64,000 nt of DNA from Iphione sp. A-MEVVRFRX5 (Eukaryota). The notes under the pieces are model-generated. The model searched no databases. It was not told where the DNA came from and saw nothing but the letters and a program-made list of their open reading frames with translations. Shown here one piece after another: positions 12,308-26,983 of the stretch; positions within the stretch are counted from its first letter, which is position 1; every line of letters begins with the position of its first letter. The stretch is taken from positions 36,084,001 to 36,148,000 of the forward strand of contig OZ320317.1 of the NCBI GenBank assembly GCA_976226885.1, given 5' to 3'. Position numbers and translations under genes: made by a program.

Positions 12308-15300
12308 ACCGTCGAGCTCGTGTCACCTGGATACCGTAGTGGTGGCGTTTGCAAACCTCTTTCCTCCCTTCAACCTGCCAGTCTAGGAACGCGGACCTTG
12401 CACGTGAGACCTCCGATTACTGCATTGTTAAAAAGGAGGGGTCCCAGTATTCCAGGCACACTGCTCGTGCTAACAAACCGTTTCAGCCAAACACGGCAAA
12501 AATTATCCCAAGTCTTAAAGCAGTCAAATGTGCTGGTTAGTTATCAGGTTGCTTGCCCCCGCCCCCCATCGATTCCAACATCAGCCAAGGTAACAACAAA
12601 AGTTTTAAAAAAAAACCCACACAAGTCTCCTTTTTTCCAGATATGTGGTATTTATGACCAGTGGATAGCCACAATGTTTAAAGGTAACTGTTTTAGTCTA
12701 AAAATATACGGCTACATGTATCCCCAACATTGTTCTGAAGCAGTATCGGAAAGGAATGTTATGCACATAGTTGGAGTCCTTAATAAAACACTTGAAGCAC
12801 TGCTTATTACTTTTTGTTAAGCTTTTCCACATTACTGTTTTCCCTGCCTCAGCCACCATCCTTGGAAATGCATACCAAGATCGCGGCTAACACCCATTCT
12901 AATAGTACAGACCATTAAGGCGTCGGACAACAGATGCTAGGACCCTTCATATTCCCAATGCTGATATGTATGATCTAATATCGGCTATAATTAGTACCTC
13001 TGCATAAGAATTTGGGAGCTCGGCATTCTTTTTTTTTAGCGGATTACTGTTGCTAAGGTCAGCTGCAGCTGAACACCTTTACGCCGCCCTAAAATAATGC
13101 TTGATGAAGGGAAGTGAGCAAAACCTTGAAAGCATACACTTCGTATATATTATACATCATTATTATACGCGATGACACCGCTCTGTGAAAATTGTATTAT
13201 GCAGAAATAACACCGCTCTGTGAAAAATGATATCCGCATTTATTTCATACTGTTTGATACCCAGAGGACACCACTGTGACAAGGGCGAACAATTCCCTTT
13301 TCACATGACTCTGCCTCGCAAAAGTATGCCTGAGCAAACGTTTTCGTTGTAGCATAAGCGGAGAAAGGATTACATGTACTCTCTAGCCAATACAGTACTA
13401 ACATCTCACAAATTAAATTTTTGTAACTAACTTAAATGGACAGGGTCAGGAATGGATCGTGAGAAGATATTGTTTACTGATAGTTTGTGCATTCACTACA
13501 TGAAACACTAGTGACCGACTGACACACACACATACACAGTCTCACACTCACACACACACTCACTTCCTCCCCTCCCCTTCGTCACGTTTGTCCCTATACT
13601 TGTGCCCTATTCCATTGTCTCCCACCATTTGTCTCCCACCACTTCTTTATTTTGTTGGTAATCCAAATTAAAACCAGTATTGATGTAAACTTATCTAATG
13701 GTCCATCCCTATACATGTACATGTTTAAACCTTCTGATTTTCTTTCTCCATTATCAAGGCACTACCTGAACGATAAACACAACAGACCTCAGTCGCGTTC
13801 TTCGATCAGGAGGTGCTCCCATACATGAGCAGGTACAGGATATAGCCCTCTCAAGCTGCGCCCCTAGACATGATAACACAAAAGTGTCTGGCCTCAAACT
13901 CGATACAAGAAGCTGATCTGAGAAAACCTGGGCGCTGACAGAACACTCATTTGACCTCGAAATCCAGGCATCTTCCTGTGTCTGCAGGTATTCAATATAG
14001 AAACAAATGCAGCAGTAAACCAAGTAACAGTAACTAATGTCAGGTATAATGTTTTAATGTAAAGTCAAAAGATACAGGAAAGTCTATTACTCCAAATGTG
14101 AACATGCTACCATTTGTACATGTACAGACAACATGTCGTCGTTTTGTTAGTTCCGTATGATATTCACCATAATTCTGAAATGGGGCGGTTCCATGACACT
14201 AATTAAACCCATATATCATATATGGAATATACTCTCAGAGTCCCATTGAGGGACAATAGTGAAATGCTGGAATTATTACGCAGGAAATCAAAGATACAGA
14301 TACTAGAAGATGATGTACTGTATCCTGTAGGTACTCCCTGTTACACTTCTGCAACAATTCTGACATGTAAATCATTTTTTTATTTATCCAAAAAAAAGGG
14401 ATAAATAGGGCTATGCGGAAGTAGGGCAGATGAGACGGCGATCGATATGGATGACACTGATATTTAGGTCGAGACTGGCGGCGAGAGCACAAGCGAGCAT
14501 GACACACGGCGCTATGCGTCAGCCTCCTTTCAGACGAGCAAACCCGTTTACAATCTAGACCGAACGTGGGCCATAGAGAGGCCCCAGGCTACTTTACCGC
14601 TGCCGCACTTGGGCATGCTATGCATAGGCACAGTGGCTACGTGACTCTAGTTCATGTTGTGCTCATGTTCAAGTACGTGGGACACACATGGACAGGTAAA
14701 TAACGCTACATATGCGGATAGACAAGAGACCACTGCGCCGTTTCTGCCCAGTGTTCTCCACGGGGGCTGGGGAAAACCCTACTTTTCTGGGTGTACGAGC
14801 TACAAGTCTGAACTGCAGTCCACGCATATTTGGATACAGTATTCATTAATGCAGATGTATAACATTCTTATAAAAATGCATCTAAATTGCACAGGTATTT
14901 CCCTATGCGTACGTTTTAAACATATATATCCCATATACGCATCATCCTGTTTTCTTGCCTGATTTAACCTGACTGACTCCACTGACTGTAAGTAAATCCT
15001 ATCGCCAGGACGAACGGCCAAGCTGTTCCCCCGGTGGAAAGATGCACACCTGTACAACAATGGCGACTACGACTCACTGTCTCAGTCGGTTACCTACCCG
15101 AATGCGATCCGGGCAGCAGAGTGCAAAACGGTGAATGTATACAGCCAACAGTAAAATCTGAGTAGAAGCTACATGTTAACAAAACCATCAAGTGCATCAG
15201 TTAGAACTAGTTGTTATTGCTGTGGGCTAAGTTGTACTATTGGGCTGAATGGGAAAGGGATAGAATACATTGAAAATATTATTGCTAAAGATTGTCATAT

Positions 15301-15516
15301 AAAAAAGGTACCTTCTAAATTTCTTATGAATAACACTAGAGCGAAAAATCACACATGCTTCAGTTCCTATCTCTATAAAATATGCACATGGTCAACAAGC
15401 TTCTTAGGGTCTTTCCATGTAGAGCCATTTTGTCCGGGGTTTCATTCGTAAATGTCTATTTCCACACTTTTAGGTGGTGAGAAGACAGGCCTCGTTAACC
15501 GCAGGGTATCTACTTG

Positions 15517-15547
<31 letters not shown>

Positions 15548-16150
15548 ACATGATAAGCACACAGGTGGTGGGGAGACTTTCTCAACATGGAGAGGATCCG
15601 GAGTACATTTTCCCGCCAGCAAAACCGGGCTTGTGGTCGAGCGCTCTCCCATATCAGCGGTCACGTAGGCGTTACCTGGCGCCGACATGGCATGATTTCA
15701 TGGTGTCTTGTACGTAATTTCCCTACGAGGTACTTGCACGCTCTATACCACTGACAGCCACTTTTTACATTTTAATTTCACTTCAATTATTTTTAGGTGG
15801 GAAGGCGAAGAAAATGTCATGAGAATTGTTTGCAAGTCATGCTGCTGCTCAGGATATACAGGTCGAACTTCTTCTATGGCAATACTTGTAAACTAGCGCC
15901 GATCTGTGTCAAATAAAGCTCATCTTCAACGCGGTGCTCAAACTGGCCATTATGTATATCACGTAGTGTGGTGGTAGTCACATTCGTGCTCTACGAAAGA
16001 ACGTTATAGACATTTCTGTAGAGAAACCCAAAACAGATCATTTTCATTTCATTGCGTCTTTTACCAGGAACTAGATATTCCCTATCGCATGACAGTCATG
16101 TTCCCCTGACTTCTGCATTTCAAGGGCAAATTTTCGACCACAACTCTTTA

Positions 16151-17023
16151 GACTCATTCTCAGTTAAGTCTGGCGTTTGGGGGTATGCACATGGCAACAA
16201 AAATTCTCTTCTCAACATTTCATATTGATTTTCCAAAAGAAGACATGCAATGGAACATATTTTCAGTTAATTAGAACTCAGGCCAAAGAAAAAAATTTTC
16301 CCACTATATTTCTCATATGTACATTGATGATTATGATGTAAATGACACATGATGTAAATGATAAAAAGCTATTAGCATTTTAGTTGTATTCTTCATCTCT
16401 GCTACAAGGGACCATTGTTTACCAATGATATGGCCATGACGTAAATGACAGCCTTAAAAATACTGTCTGATACTGAAATGGTTATGATTAGCTGTCAATT
16501 AAAATAAATGGACAGATTGTTTTAGTAAAGGTTTTTTCATGAAGAACCCCCAAATGCCAAATAACAGATATAAACATTATACCTTCAGATTTCCTTTTTA
16601 TTACTAATCATTTTCCTCATCATGATGTAAATGACAGTAAAACCACAGACATTAAACATTATTACAAAACTCAAATTTGGTAGGTACTATGATTGCAAGT
16701 TTGAGAATATGTTATTGACAGTTGTTAAATCTCTGTTAGGAACACCCTAAAATCCATTAGATAATGCATTTGCAAACACTGAAGTATCTAAAATATATAC
16801 ATGCAATGCCTAAGACTTACTGGTATTGTTGTACTGTATATATTCAAAATGATATTACTAAATATTAATCAACAATTCTCTGGTAAAATTGTACATCATA
16901 TTAAGGAAAATCATGTCAGGAATTTGAAACTACCATCTGTTTTAATGGCAATATAAAATACAAGTCTTCACAGGAAAACAATGTCTAAGACATCGAATAG
17001 CCAGACTTAACTGAGAATGTATC
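16151..17023. mobile_element. Non-autonomous TIR element, Kolobok-like (873 bp, copy A)
   Basis: 24-bp inverted termini GACTCATTCTCAGTTAAGTCTGGC / GCCAGACTTAACTGAGAATGTATC (2 mismatches), flanked by TTTA and TTAA. AT-rich interior with repeated TGAYGTAAATGAC. Superfamily inferred only from the TTAA-like flank and purine-purine terminus. Confidence 0.6.
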
Positions 17024-17665
17024 TTAATAGTGTGGTGTGTCTTTACCTGAGGGAGAATGATCTGTATCCATGGTAACCAAATTTTCTTAAGGAAAGATGC
17101 GATACTGTCATAACCATGGCATCGTAATTCTTCCCACTTTCAAAACAAGAATAAAAGAGAATGTATGTAATTTTTCTTGTTTCAGGATAATTGGTATATG
17201 TGTATGCATATGTGCCCTGAAATCCTGATTTTTTAAAAATCCATATTAACCCCGTACCTTGGTAGATTCTAAAACGTAAAAAGAAAAATTCAATATTTCC
17301 CACCATAATAATGTTATTATATGATTCATTATCCAAATGTGGACACTTGCATTGTGTTTGTACATTTACAAATGTAATTGATGAAAAATATCCAAAGTAG
17401 TAAACCATTCAGAGTGTTGGGGCCACATGTTCCATTCTATTTTTACATGATATTAAGCTTCTTTAAAGATCCCACTCAAGCCCGCATATAGCTTAATAAT
17501 GGGAACATAGAGGCTTATGATGGGTAGTCTCCTTATCCACTCCGCCCACATGTAGTAGAGGGGTGAGAACAACTGATGTGCGAATCCTTTTTGAGGTTTT
17601 CACATCATTTCTGTTTTAATCTTTATCAGTATGCAAGAATGATGTGCTAAGGGCCAGAGCAGCTT

Positions 17666-18999
17666 CAGGGTTCCCAGCATTTCAAGAAAACAAAATTCCC
17701 TGATATTTCCCTGATTTTTCCCTGATGAAGTCTCAAAATTCCATGATAAATACTTCAACTCATTTCTAGTTTCATGTTTTCTATGTTGTTGCAGTGAACT
17801 ATTTGCAGTTTAAATCATTGTAATGTAAAACAAATTTGTACTATTACACAGGCATGTAATGGCCTCCCTTCTCCCCTTACAACAATCCTTTCCTTACCTT
17901 ATACAGACAGAGATTGATTCAAGGTAATTCAAGTACACATCATTGAATCACAGCACACTATGTTAAAGGTGCCAATTTCAATACTGGATTACATTGGAAT
18001 GTGCAAAGACATGAAGATCTATATGTTGTAGAGGGTTTAATCAGCACAGCTGTACTTACAATGATACAAAAAATTACTTAAGTCTCTTTGCATTAAGAAC
18101 CATTTTTAATATATAAAATTTGGAATGGAGTAAAATGAGGATATCAGCAAAATTTTGTACATACACATATTGTTTTATAGTACATCCTGATATCACAAGC
18201 CTATCTCAAATTTGAAAATGATGGCTGCAATGCTTCCTAGGATTAAACTGAATCAACCTCTGTTATGGAATAGCCTGTGTGAACAGTATGTCCAAACTAC
18301 ATTGAAACACTAACTCATAATCCTGAAACTTGAACAAGTAAAGGGGGATAGATGAGCTTTCAAATGATATTTAAATCAAGGATAACTGAAAAGCGAATAA
18401 AAATTTATTTAGTGTCAAAATAGAATTACAGAACTTTTTTGAAGGATTTATATTTAATAAAGCCCAGACTGAGTGGAACTCTGTGAATATTGATTGTTGC
18501 AGCTTTGGATATGTACATAATTCTATTCCACTCAGGGACTTGGACAGTCTTCTCCTAAAACACCAAGGCTTCAGTCTGGGCATAAGAGTTCAAGGTGGTA
18601 TGTCTATGGTCTGGGCCACAATCTACAGTTCCCCATCATGGTGTGTAAGGAGAAGCAGCTCTGGAGGCATGGGGCACTACTCCATTTTGGTATTTTAGTG
18701 TACACAATCATGTTTAAAGTTAAAGGCCTTATTTAGATGAGGCACTTCAACTACTTGTACTACAGTCAAAGAAGCTACACTAAAAAAAACACCATAGCCA
18801 GTCATCCAATGGATGTTGTTTTGATGTACAACAAAAAAAAAGTCTGACTGACCACTTTCGACTTTTGGGTCAATCAAATTCCCTGATTTTTCCCTGATTT
18901 AAGGCATTTTTAACTAATTCCCTGATTTTTCCCTGACTGGAAAAGAGTAAAATAATTTTCCCTGATTTCCCTGATTTCCCTGATGGGCTGGGAACCCTG
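17666..18999. mobile_element. Non-autonomous hAT-like element with a 5-bp TSD (1334 bp)
   Basis: 13-bp perfect TIR CAGGGTTCCCAGC. AGCTT duplicated at 17661-17665 and 19000-19004; single AGCTT at the empty site in copy B (28532-28536). Arrays of TTCCCTGAT near both ends. Confidence 0.85.
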
Positions 19000-20229
19000 A
19001 GCTTGAAGGACATTTATACATGAAGTTATGATACGAATATTCATCATTATTTTTTGGCCAGATACTGCAGTAACAGAGGTTAAAGGGAATGTATCAATCA
19101 TTTGCGTGACAATTTCAATGATATGATCTGACGTTTTTATGTTACCCGATCAAATACATGCACTACCTATAGAAATTAAATAATCCAAAAGAGAAATTCA
19201 AACCAAAAATAGAGGACTTTCAAATGAACACCATTGTACCAAAATTGGAAACGAGGATCCCTTAATATTATAACTGTGCTGTATTCCACAGAAATAGGCA
19301 AATTTACATTTCGATAGGACTATGTGACAGTTGTCAATGGCTGTTACTACCACAATGAAGACTGAAAACAGAATTTAAGAAAATGCAGTGCAGATATACC
19401 AGTTCTAAGCTTAATGCTTAATGGTACAGTGGAATTTATTACGAAGGATGTCTTTAAACAGGCCAACTTTTGCATTTTGGTCAAATATACGGCTGCCTTA
19501 ACTAGAGCGGACACGTGTTTCTCACAACAGCAACATTGCAAATAAGTGAAGGTGGTTGTAGAATCTGCTCAGAGATCAGGGAAAGTGTTAGCATTTATCA
19601 CTAACCCATGAGACAAACCAGAGTGCCAAGTAGCAGTGGCTGACAAATGCCATCATGAACGGGAGGTTGCTCGCAGATCAAAGAGATTTCTGATTGCTTC
19701 ATTCCCACACTTTTTCCTGGCCTTCTTACACCTCCCTAGCTGGCCTTCTTACACCTCCCTTTCTTGCCCTCTAGCCGCATATGTCCTTGTAACGTGAACG
19801 AACGGGACGGTTTGCTGGTTGCAGAGTATACATGTGGAAACAGCCGAGTAAATCAAACGCAAAGAGTCATTTTCCAGCGCAAAATCAAGTGCTTGAAACA
19901 ATTCCTCATACAGAGTTTGTTTTTTGTCAGGGGAGGGATCTGTGCTGAAGTAGAGCTTAGAGATCTTAGATGATTACTGAAACACATGGTCCCTAAGTTC
20001 TGCCTCCTCTCAGTTTAATGACAAGGTTTCCAGCTCATTCAGACTGCCAGATTCATGAACGTTCTCATATCTGCTAATCTGTGATTCATATTAAACCCCT
20101 AGCTTTTATCTTCGAACTGGAGATGAAAGACAGGCTTGCAGAGTTAGAAGACCTAAAAACTCTATAGGAAGCATCTAGATTTCATTTCACTAGTTGACAA
20201 GACTGAAGCACTGTCTAGGAAGCTTCTAT

Positions 20230-20329
20230 NNNNNNNNNNNNNNNNNNNNNNNNNNNNNNNNNNNNNNNNNNNNNNNNNNNNNNNNNNNNNNNNNNNNNNN
20301 NNNNNNNNNNNNNNNNNNNNNNNNNNNNN
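20230..20329. other. Assembly gap (100 N, placeholder-sized) between duplication copies
   Basis: Run of exactly 100 N. Confidence 1.
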
Positions 20330-23122
20330 CACCTTGATTGGCACTTTGTTTTGGGGTGGTTGGGTGGGTCCTTCAAGTTTACAACCCTGAACACACACAA
20401 ACCTCAGTTCTGCCTGACTGAGCACACTATCCTCGGTTCGGCCTGACTGAGCACTAAACTGCTACAAGCTAATACTGGTAGAACAGAGGGATTGGTGAGT
20501 GTATGTGTATTGGTAGACCCTGGAATTCATAAACCAGGTATGTATGTTTTCAGGTGTGTTAGCAAAAGAGTACAATTGACATAACGTCACCTTATAAATA
20601 CTTGAATTACTACCAAAATTACCCAGTGCCATAGGACTATGTGTACAAAAATTAAGTATAACAAAATATCTATTAAATATGCAGAAATATGAAATCTGAG
20701 GGTCCAAAGTAGGCCTTAATAGCCATTGTACTTTTATTTCTATGAAAATCTGGTATTTTTGGCTGTAACATTCCTATTTATCTCTTGCTGTAAAAAACGC
20801 TATTCCTGCTATCCTGTTACATAAGATCTTAGTGAAAAACAATCAAACTGCTTGATATCAAAAAACTCATTTTCATTGCTACTTGCACTGGCCGGCTGTC
20901 ACCATGACAACTAGCCACTCCCCTTCCACAGGGGCAAAAAATTTACACTTATTTAGGCAAGACAATATTGTTACTTGAAGAAAATGTTTGTTACTTGAAG
21001 AAAATGTTCAATCAAGAAAATGTATTGATAACTTATTTATATGTATGACTTTAGTCCGTTTTTTTTTCATATCAATTTGAGTTCATGCTTGTTAACATCC
21101 AAAAAAGTTACTGATGTCATCTTAATTTAAGATGTTGCCATGGTAAAAATGTTTGTAGGAAATATTTCCATCTTATAAGATGTCCCCTTATAGAATAAGT
21201 TAATGTAGTAGCTTAAATTATTCCTAAATTTAACCATGAAAACTACATATTTTTATATGGTTAGTACCTAGTATATGATAGAATATATAACCATTAGTTG
21301 CATATGCATAAACTTCTACCAGATAAAGTTATTTGACATTCACAATGAACAAGCTGATAGGCTGTTATTACATATGCTAACTAATAAAGCTAACTAGCCC
21401 ATAATTTATTCATGTGACATGAATCTCTTTAATGCAATTCGGACATGAATTGCCCATTTATCTAGCTGCATATGAAGTGCCTGTACTTATATGCCAAAAG
21501 TGGCAAACAATCGTATGGTTAGTCTGGAATGGGTTAAAAAAAAAAAAAGAGTAAGCAATATGATTCATACTTCAGCTCAAAGCAGAGATAACACCTCACA
21601 GACAGGGATCCATGTCTCTCTGCTCCTTTATCACCGACTTACTGAGATGACAAATCTTACCCATCTTACTGTCCATTTCAACTTGATGAATAAGCATGCG
21701 CTCCCCATTCCACTGTAAGACCTGGGTTTTAATCTTACCTAAGTTCATCTAAATGTCCATAGTACATTAAGTACATCATCATTACTCTCACTTCATGAGA
21801 GTCACCTTTGAGGCTGTTTCTGTCGCAGCACAGACATCCCGTTTGCTCTGATAGCTAGTATTTGAGGGGTACGACCGGTGACTTTCACACCGCAATATTA
21901 CATCACTTGCTTTTTTGTTTGTTTGATTTTTTAAAGATCGCGATTGACACCATCTAGTGTTAGATTGTGCGAATGGAGTGTTGCTTTTTGTTGTAGTGCT
22001 AATTTCCTGCAACACATAAACGTACCTTTTCATGACGGGTGTTGTAAATACACAAGTACATGTAGACCTATACATATGCAGATTATCGGCCCGGGAGCCT
22101 AAATGCTCGAACCGAAGCTACAGTACATGTACTGCCCTTTCGCACGCCCTTGCTCGGTATCGTCAGAGGTCGCGAGATTGTTTATACTCTGCAAATTCTC
22201 CCTTCTCTCATCATGATGACTCTGCGTTTATTACTTGTGTGGCCGAAGTGGCCCACATAGAAATTTACATGTGCGCGGGCGATCCGCTTATGTCTAGAAT
22301 GCTACCATAGCCGCAACTGCAACAGAATCACCCAATACAGGTACTTTCCGACAGGAGAGAAAAGACTCCTTTCGTGGAGGAAAAAAGAAACGAAACAATA
22401 ACACTTAAGCAAGAGGACCGGCGAAGGGAGACAATCTCTTGGGGATACCGTCGCAATATGCAGTTTTTCCCGTACAAATGACGTATTGTCGGAAGAATGG
22501 ACCTCCCCGGGAAAAGGCGACCAGGGCAGAAATTAATTGTCTTTACGGAGAGGAAAGGGTGAAGGTTAGGTGGAGACGGGCATCACTGCCGACTGTTGAT
22601 AGCCCATAATAATCCAATTTATAGTGAAGGATCTAGGAAGACGAAAGCGCTACTACTACACCGCCTGACAGGCCACAGGACAGCCAGCATCAGCATCACT
22701 AGATGCGACCGCTCCAGCGCAGTTGGGCGGGTGGGGGTGGGGTGGGGGGAGATCTTCGGGAGCCCTGGCTCGGTAAAGCCGACGGCGATGAAAGCCGTAA
22801 TGAACGCTGCCGAGGCAATGGCAATGGCAATGGCGGCCAAGATGGCAGCCAGCCGCAGCAGCGTTGACCTTGGTGTACGGCCACCAGGTTGCGGTAATTT
22901 TGGCGGATGGCAACTATTTGGAACCAACTCGCCGATTGTAAGGTAGTTAATACCCATGCAGAAAATAGCCACCAATGGCACCGTAAACAGAAATGTCAGC
23001 CGAAAGCCAATTGGGGGCTAAAAACGGCGCAACGCTCTGTTAATGAAATGGAAGTTTGCAGCCATTGGAGGTCATGACTCAGATCCGCGGGGGCCGACAG
23101 CGATGGCAGCATCGGGCAAGCA

Positions 23123-23136
23123 GTTGCCATGGCAAC
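23123..23136. promoter_or_regulatory. Perfect RFX X-box (copy B)
   Basis: GTTGCCATGGCAAC, identical to copy A. Confidence 0.5.
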
Positions 23137-26100
23137 ACCGTCGAGCTCGTGTCACCTGGATACCGTAGTGGTGGCGTTTGCAAACCTCTTTCCTCCCTTC
23201 AACCTGCCAGTCTAGGAACGCGGACCTTGCACGTGAGACCTCCGATTACTGCATTGTTAAAAAGGAGGGGTCCCAGTATTCCAGGCACACTGCTCGTGCT
23301 AACAAACCGTTTCAGCCAAACAGGGCAAAAATTATCCCAAGTCTTAAAGCAGTCAAATGTGCTGGTTAGTTATCAGGTTGCTTGCCCCCGCCCCCCATCG
23401 ATTCCAACATCAGCCAAGGTAACAACAAAAGTTTTAAAAAAAAACCCACACAAGTCTCCTTTTTTCCAGATATGTGGTATTTATGACCAGTGGATAGCCA
23501 CAATGTTTAAAGGTAACTGTTTTAGTCTAAAAATATACGGCTACATGTATCCCCAACATTGTTCTGAGGCAGTATCGGAAAGGAATGTTATGCACATAGT
23601 TGGAGTCCTTAATAAAACACTTGAAGAACTGCTTATTACTTTTTGTTAAGCTTTTCCACATTACTGTTTTCCCTGCCTCAGCCACCATCCTTGGAAATGC
23701 ATACCAAGATCGCGGCTAACACCCATTCTAATAGTACAGACCATTAAGGCGTCGGACAACTGATGCTAGGACCCTTCATATTCCCAATGCTGATATGTAT
23801 GATCTAATATCGGCTATAATTAGTACCTCTGCATAAGAATTTAGGAGCTTGGCATTCTTTTTTTAGCGGATTACTGTTGCTAAGGTCAGCTGCAGCTGAA
23901 CACCTTTACGCCGCCCTAAAATAATGCTTGATGAAGGGAAGTGAGCAAAACCTTGAAAGCATACACTCCGTATATATTATACATCATTATTATACGAGAT
24001 GACACTGCTCTGTGAAAATTGTATTATGCAGAAATAACACCGCTCTGTGAAAATGATATCCGCATTTATTTCATACTGTTTGATACCCAGAGGACACCAC
24101 TGTGACAAGGGCGAACAATTCCCTTTTCACATGACTCTGCCTCGCAAAGGTATGCCTGAGCAAACGTTTTCGTTGTAGCATCAGCGGAGAAAGGATTACA
24201 TGTACTCTCTAGCCAATACAGTACTAACATCTCACAAATTAAATTTTTGTAACTAACTTAAATGGACAGGGTCAGGAATGGATCGTGAGAAGATATTGTT
24301 TATTGGTAGTTTGTGCATTCACTACATGAAACACTAGTGACCGACTGACACACACACACATACACAGTCTCACACTCACACACACACTCACTTCCTCCCC
24401 TCCCCTTCGTCACGTTTGTCCCTATACTTGTGCCCTATTCCATAGTCTCCCACCATTTGTCTCCCACCACTTCTTTATTTTGTTGGTAATCCAAATTAAA
24501 ACCAGTATTGATGTAAACTTATCTAATGGTCCATCCCTATACATGTACATGTTTAAACCTTCTGATTTTCTTTCTCCATTATCAAGGCACTACCTGAACG
24601 ATAAACACAACAGACCTCAGTCGCGTTATTCGATCAGGAGGTGCTCCCATACATGAGCAGGTACAGGATATAGCCCTCTCAAGCTGCGCCCCTAGACATG
24701 ATAACACAAAAGTGTCTGGCCTCAAACTCAATACAAGAAGCTGATCTGAGATAACCTGGGCGCTGACAGAACACTCATTTGACCTCGAAATCCAGGCACA
24801 ATGCCGCAGGGCCATCTTCCTGTGTCTGCAGGTATTCAATATAGAAACAAATGCAGCAGTAAACCAAGTAACAGTAACTAATGTCAGGTATAATGTTTTA
24901 ATGTAAAGTCAAAAGATACAGGAAAGTCTATTACTCCAAATGTGAACATGCTACCATTTGTACATGTACAGACAACATGTCGTCGTTTTGTTAGTTCCGT
25001 ATGATATTCACCATAATTCTTAAATGGGGCGGTTCCATGACACTAATTAAACCCATATATCATATATGGAATATACTCTCAGAGTCCCATTGAGGGACAA
25101 TTGTGAAATGCTGGAATTATTAAGCAGGAAATCAAAGATACAGATACTAGAAGATGATGTACTGTATCCTGTAGGTACTCCCTGTTACACTTCTGCAAGA
25201 ATTCTGACATGTAAATCATTTTTTTATTCATCCAAAAAAAAAGGGATAAATAGGGCTATGCGGAAGTAGGGCAGATGAGACGGCGATCGATATGGATGAC
25301 ACTGATATTTAGGTCGAGACTGGCGGCGAGAGCACAAGCGAGCATGGTACACGGCGCTATGCGTCAGCCTCCTTTCAGACGAGCAAACCCGTTTACAATC
25401 TAGACCGAACGTGGGCCATAGAGAGGCCCCAGGCTACTTTACCGCTGCCGCACTTGGGCATGCTATGCATAGGCACAGTGGCTACGTGACTCTAGTTCAT
25501 GTTGTGCTCATGTTCAAGTACGTGGGACACACATGGACAGGTAAATAACGCTACATATGCGGATAGACAAGAGACCACTGCGCCGTTTCTGCCCAGTGTT
25601 CTCCACGGGGGCTGGGGAAAACCCTACTTTTCTGGGTGTACGAGCTACAAGTCTGAACTGCAGTCCATGCATATTTGGATACAGTATTCATTAATGCAGA
25701 TGTATAACATTCTTATAAAAATGCATCTAAATTGCACAGGTATTTCCCTATGCGTACGTTTTAAACGTATATATCCCATATACGCATCATCCTGTTTTCT
25801 TGCCTGATTTAACCTGACTGACTCCACTGACTGTAAGTAAATCCTATCGCCAGGACGAACGGCCAAGCTGTTCCCCCGGTGGAAAGATGCACACCTGTAC
25901 AACAATGGCGACTACGACCCACTGTCTCAGTCGGTTACCTACCCGAATGCGATCCGGGCAGCAGAGTGCAAAACGGTGAATGTATACAGCCAACAGTAAA
26001 ATCTGAGTAGAAGCTACATGTTAACAAAACCATCAAGTGCATCAGTTAGAACTAGTTGTTATTGCTGTGGGCTAAGTTGTACTATTGGGCTGAATGGGAA

Positions 26101-26983
26101 AGGGATAGAATACATTGAAAATATTATTGCTAAAGATTGTCATATAAAAAAGGTACCTTCTAAATTTCTTATGAATAACACTAGAGCGAAAAATCACACA
26201 TGCTTCAGTTCCTATCTCTATAAAATATGCACATGGTCAACAAGCTTCTTAGGGTCTTTCCATGTAGAGCCATTTTGTCTGGGGTTTCATTCGTAAATGT
26301 CTATTTCCACACTTTTAGGTGGTGAGAAGACAGGCCTCGTTTACCGCAGGGTATCTACTTAAAAAAAAAAAAAAAAACCTACATGATAAGCACACAGGTG
26401 GTGGGGAGACTTTCTCAACGTGGAGAGGATCCGGAGTACATTTTCCCGCCAGCAAAACCGGGCTTGTGGTCGAGCGCTCTCCCATATCAGCGGTCACGTA
26501 GGCGTTACCTGGCGCCGACATGGCATGATTTCATGGTGTCTTGTACGTTATTTCCCTAAGAGGTACTTGCCCGCTCTATACCACTGACAGCCACTTTTTA
26601 CATTTTAATTTCACTTCAATTATTTTTAGGTGGGAAGGCGAAGAAAATGTCATGAGAATTGTTTGCAAGTCATGCTGCTGCTCAGGATATACAGTTCGAA
26701 CTTCTTCTATGGCAATACTTGTAAACTAGCGCCGATCTGTGTCAAATAAAGCTCATCTTCAACGCGGTGCTCAAACTGACCATTATGTATATCACGTAGT
26801 ATGGTGGTAGTCACATTCGTGCTCTACGAAAGAACGTTATAGACATTTCTGTAGAGAAACCCAAAACAGATCATTTTCATTTCATTGTGTCTTTTACCAG
26901 GAACTAGATATTCCCTATCGCATGACAGTCATGTTCCCCTGACTTCTGCATTTCAAGGGCAAATTTTGTACCACAACTCTTTA

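Larger units (their letters stand above)
8037..20229 (+). repeat. Copy A of a large near-identical duplication (gap-bounded contig, probable alternative haplotype)
   Basis: Collinear with 20330-29759; the same ORF-track peptides recur (e.g. 11773/22596, 12236/23056, 19347/28877). Carries three TE insertions absent from copy B. Confidence 0.95.

Noticed and set aside
12236-12820. 194-aa ORF present in both copies
   Set aside because: No domain or coding-like composition; it runs from GC-rich into AT-rich sequence.
13754-14023. Exon-like segment
   Set aside because: Copy B has a 16-bp frame-breaking insertion; no coherent protein in any frame.
15609-15617. E2F-like TTTCCCGCC
   Set aside because: Single short motif with no supporting promoter evidence.
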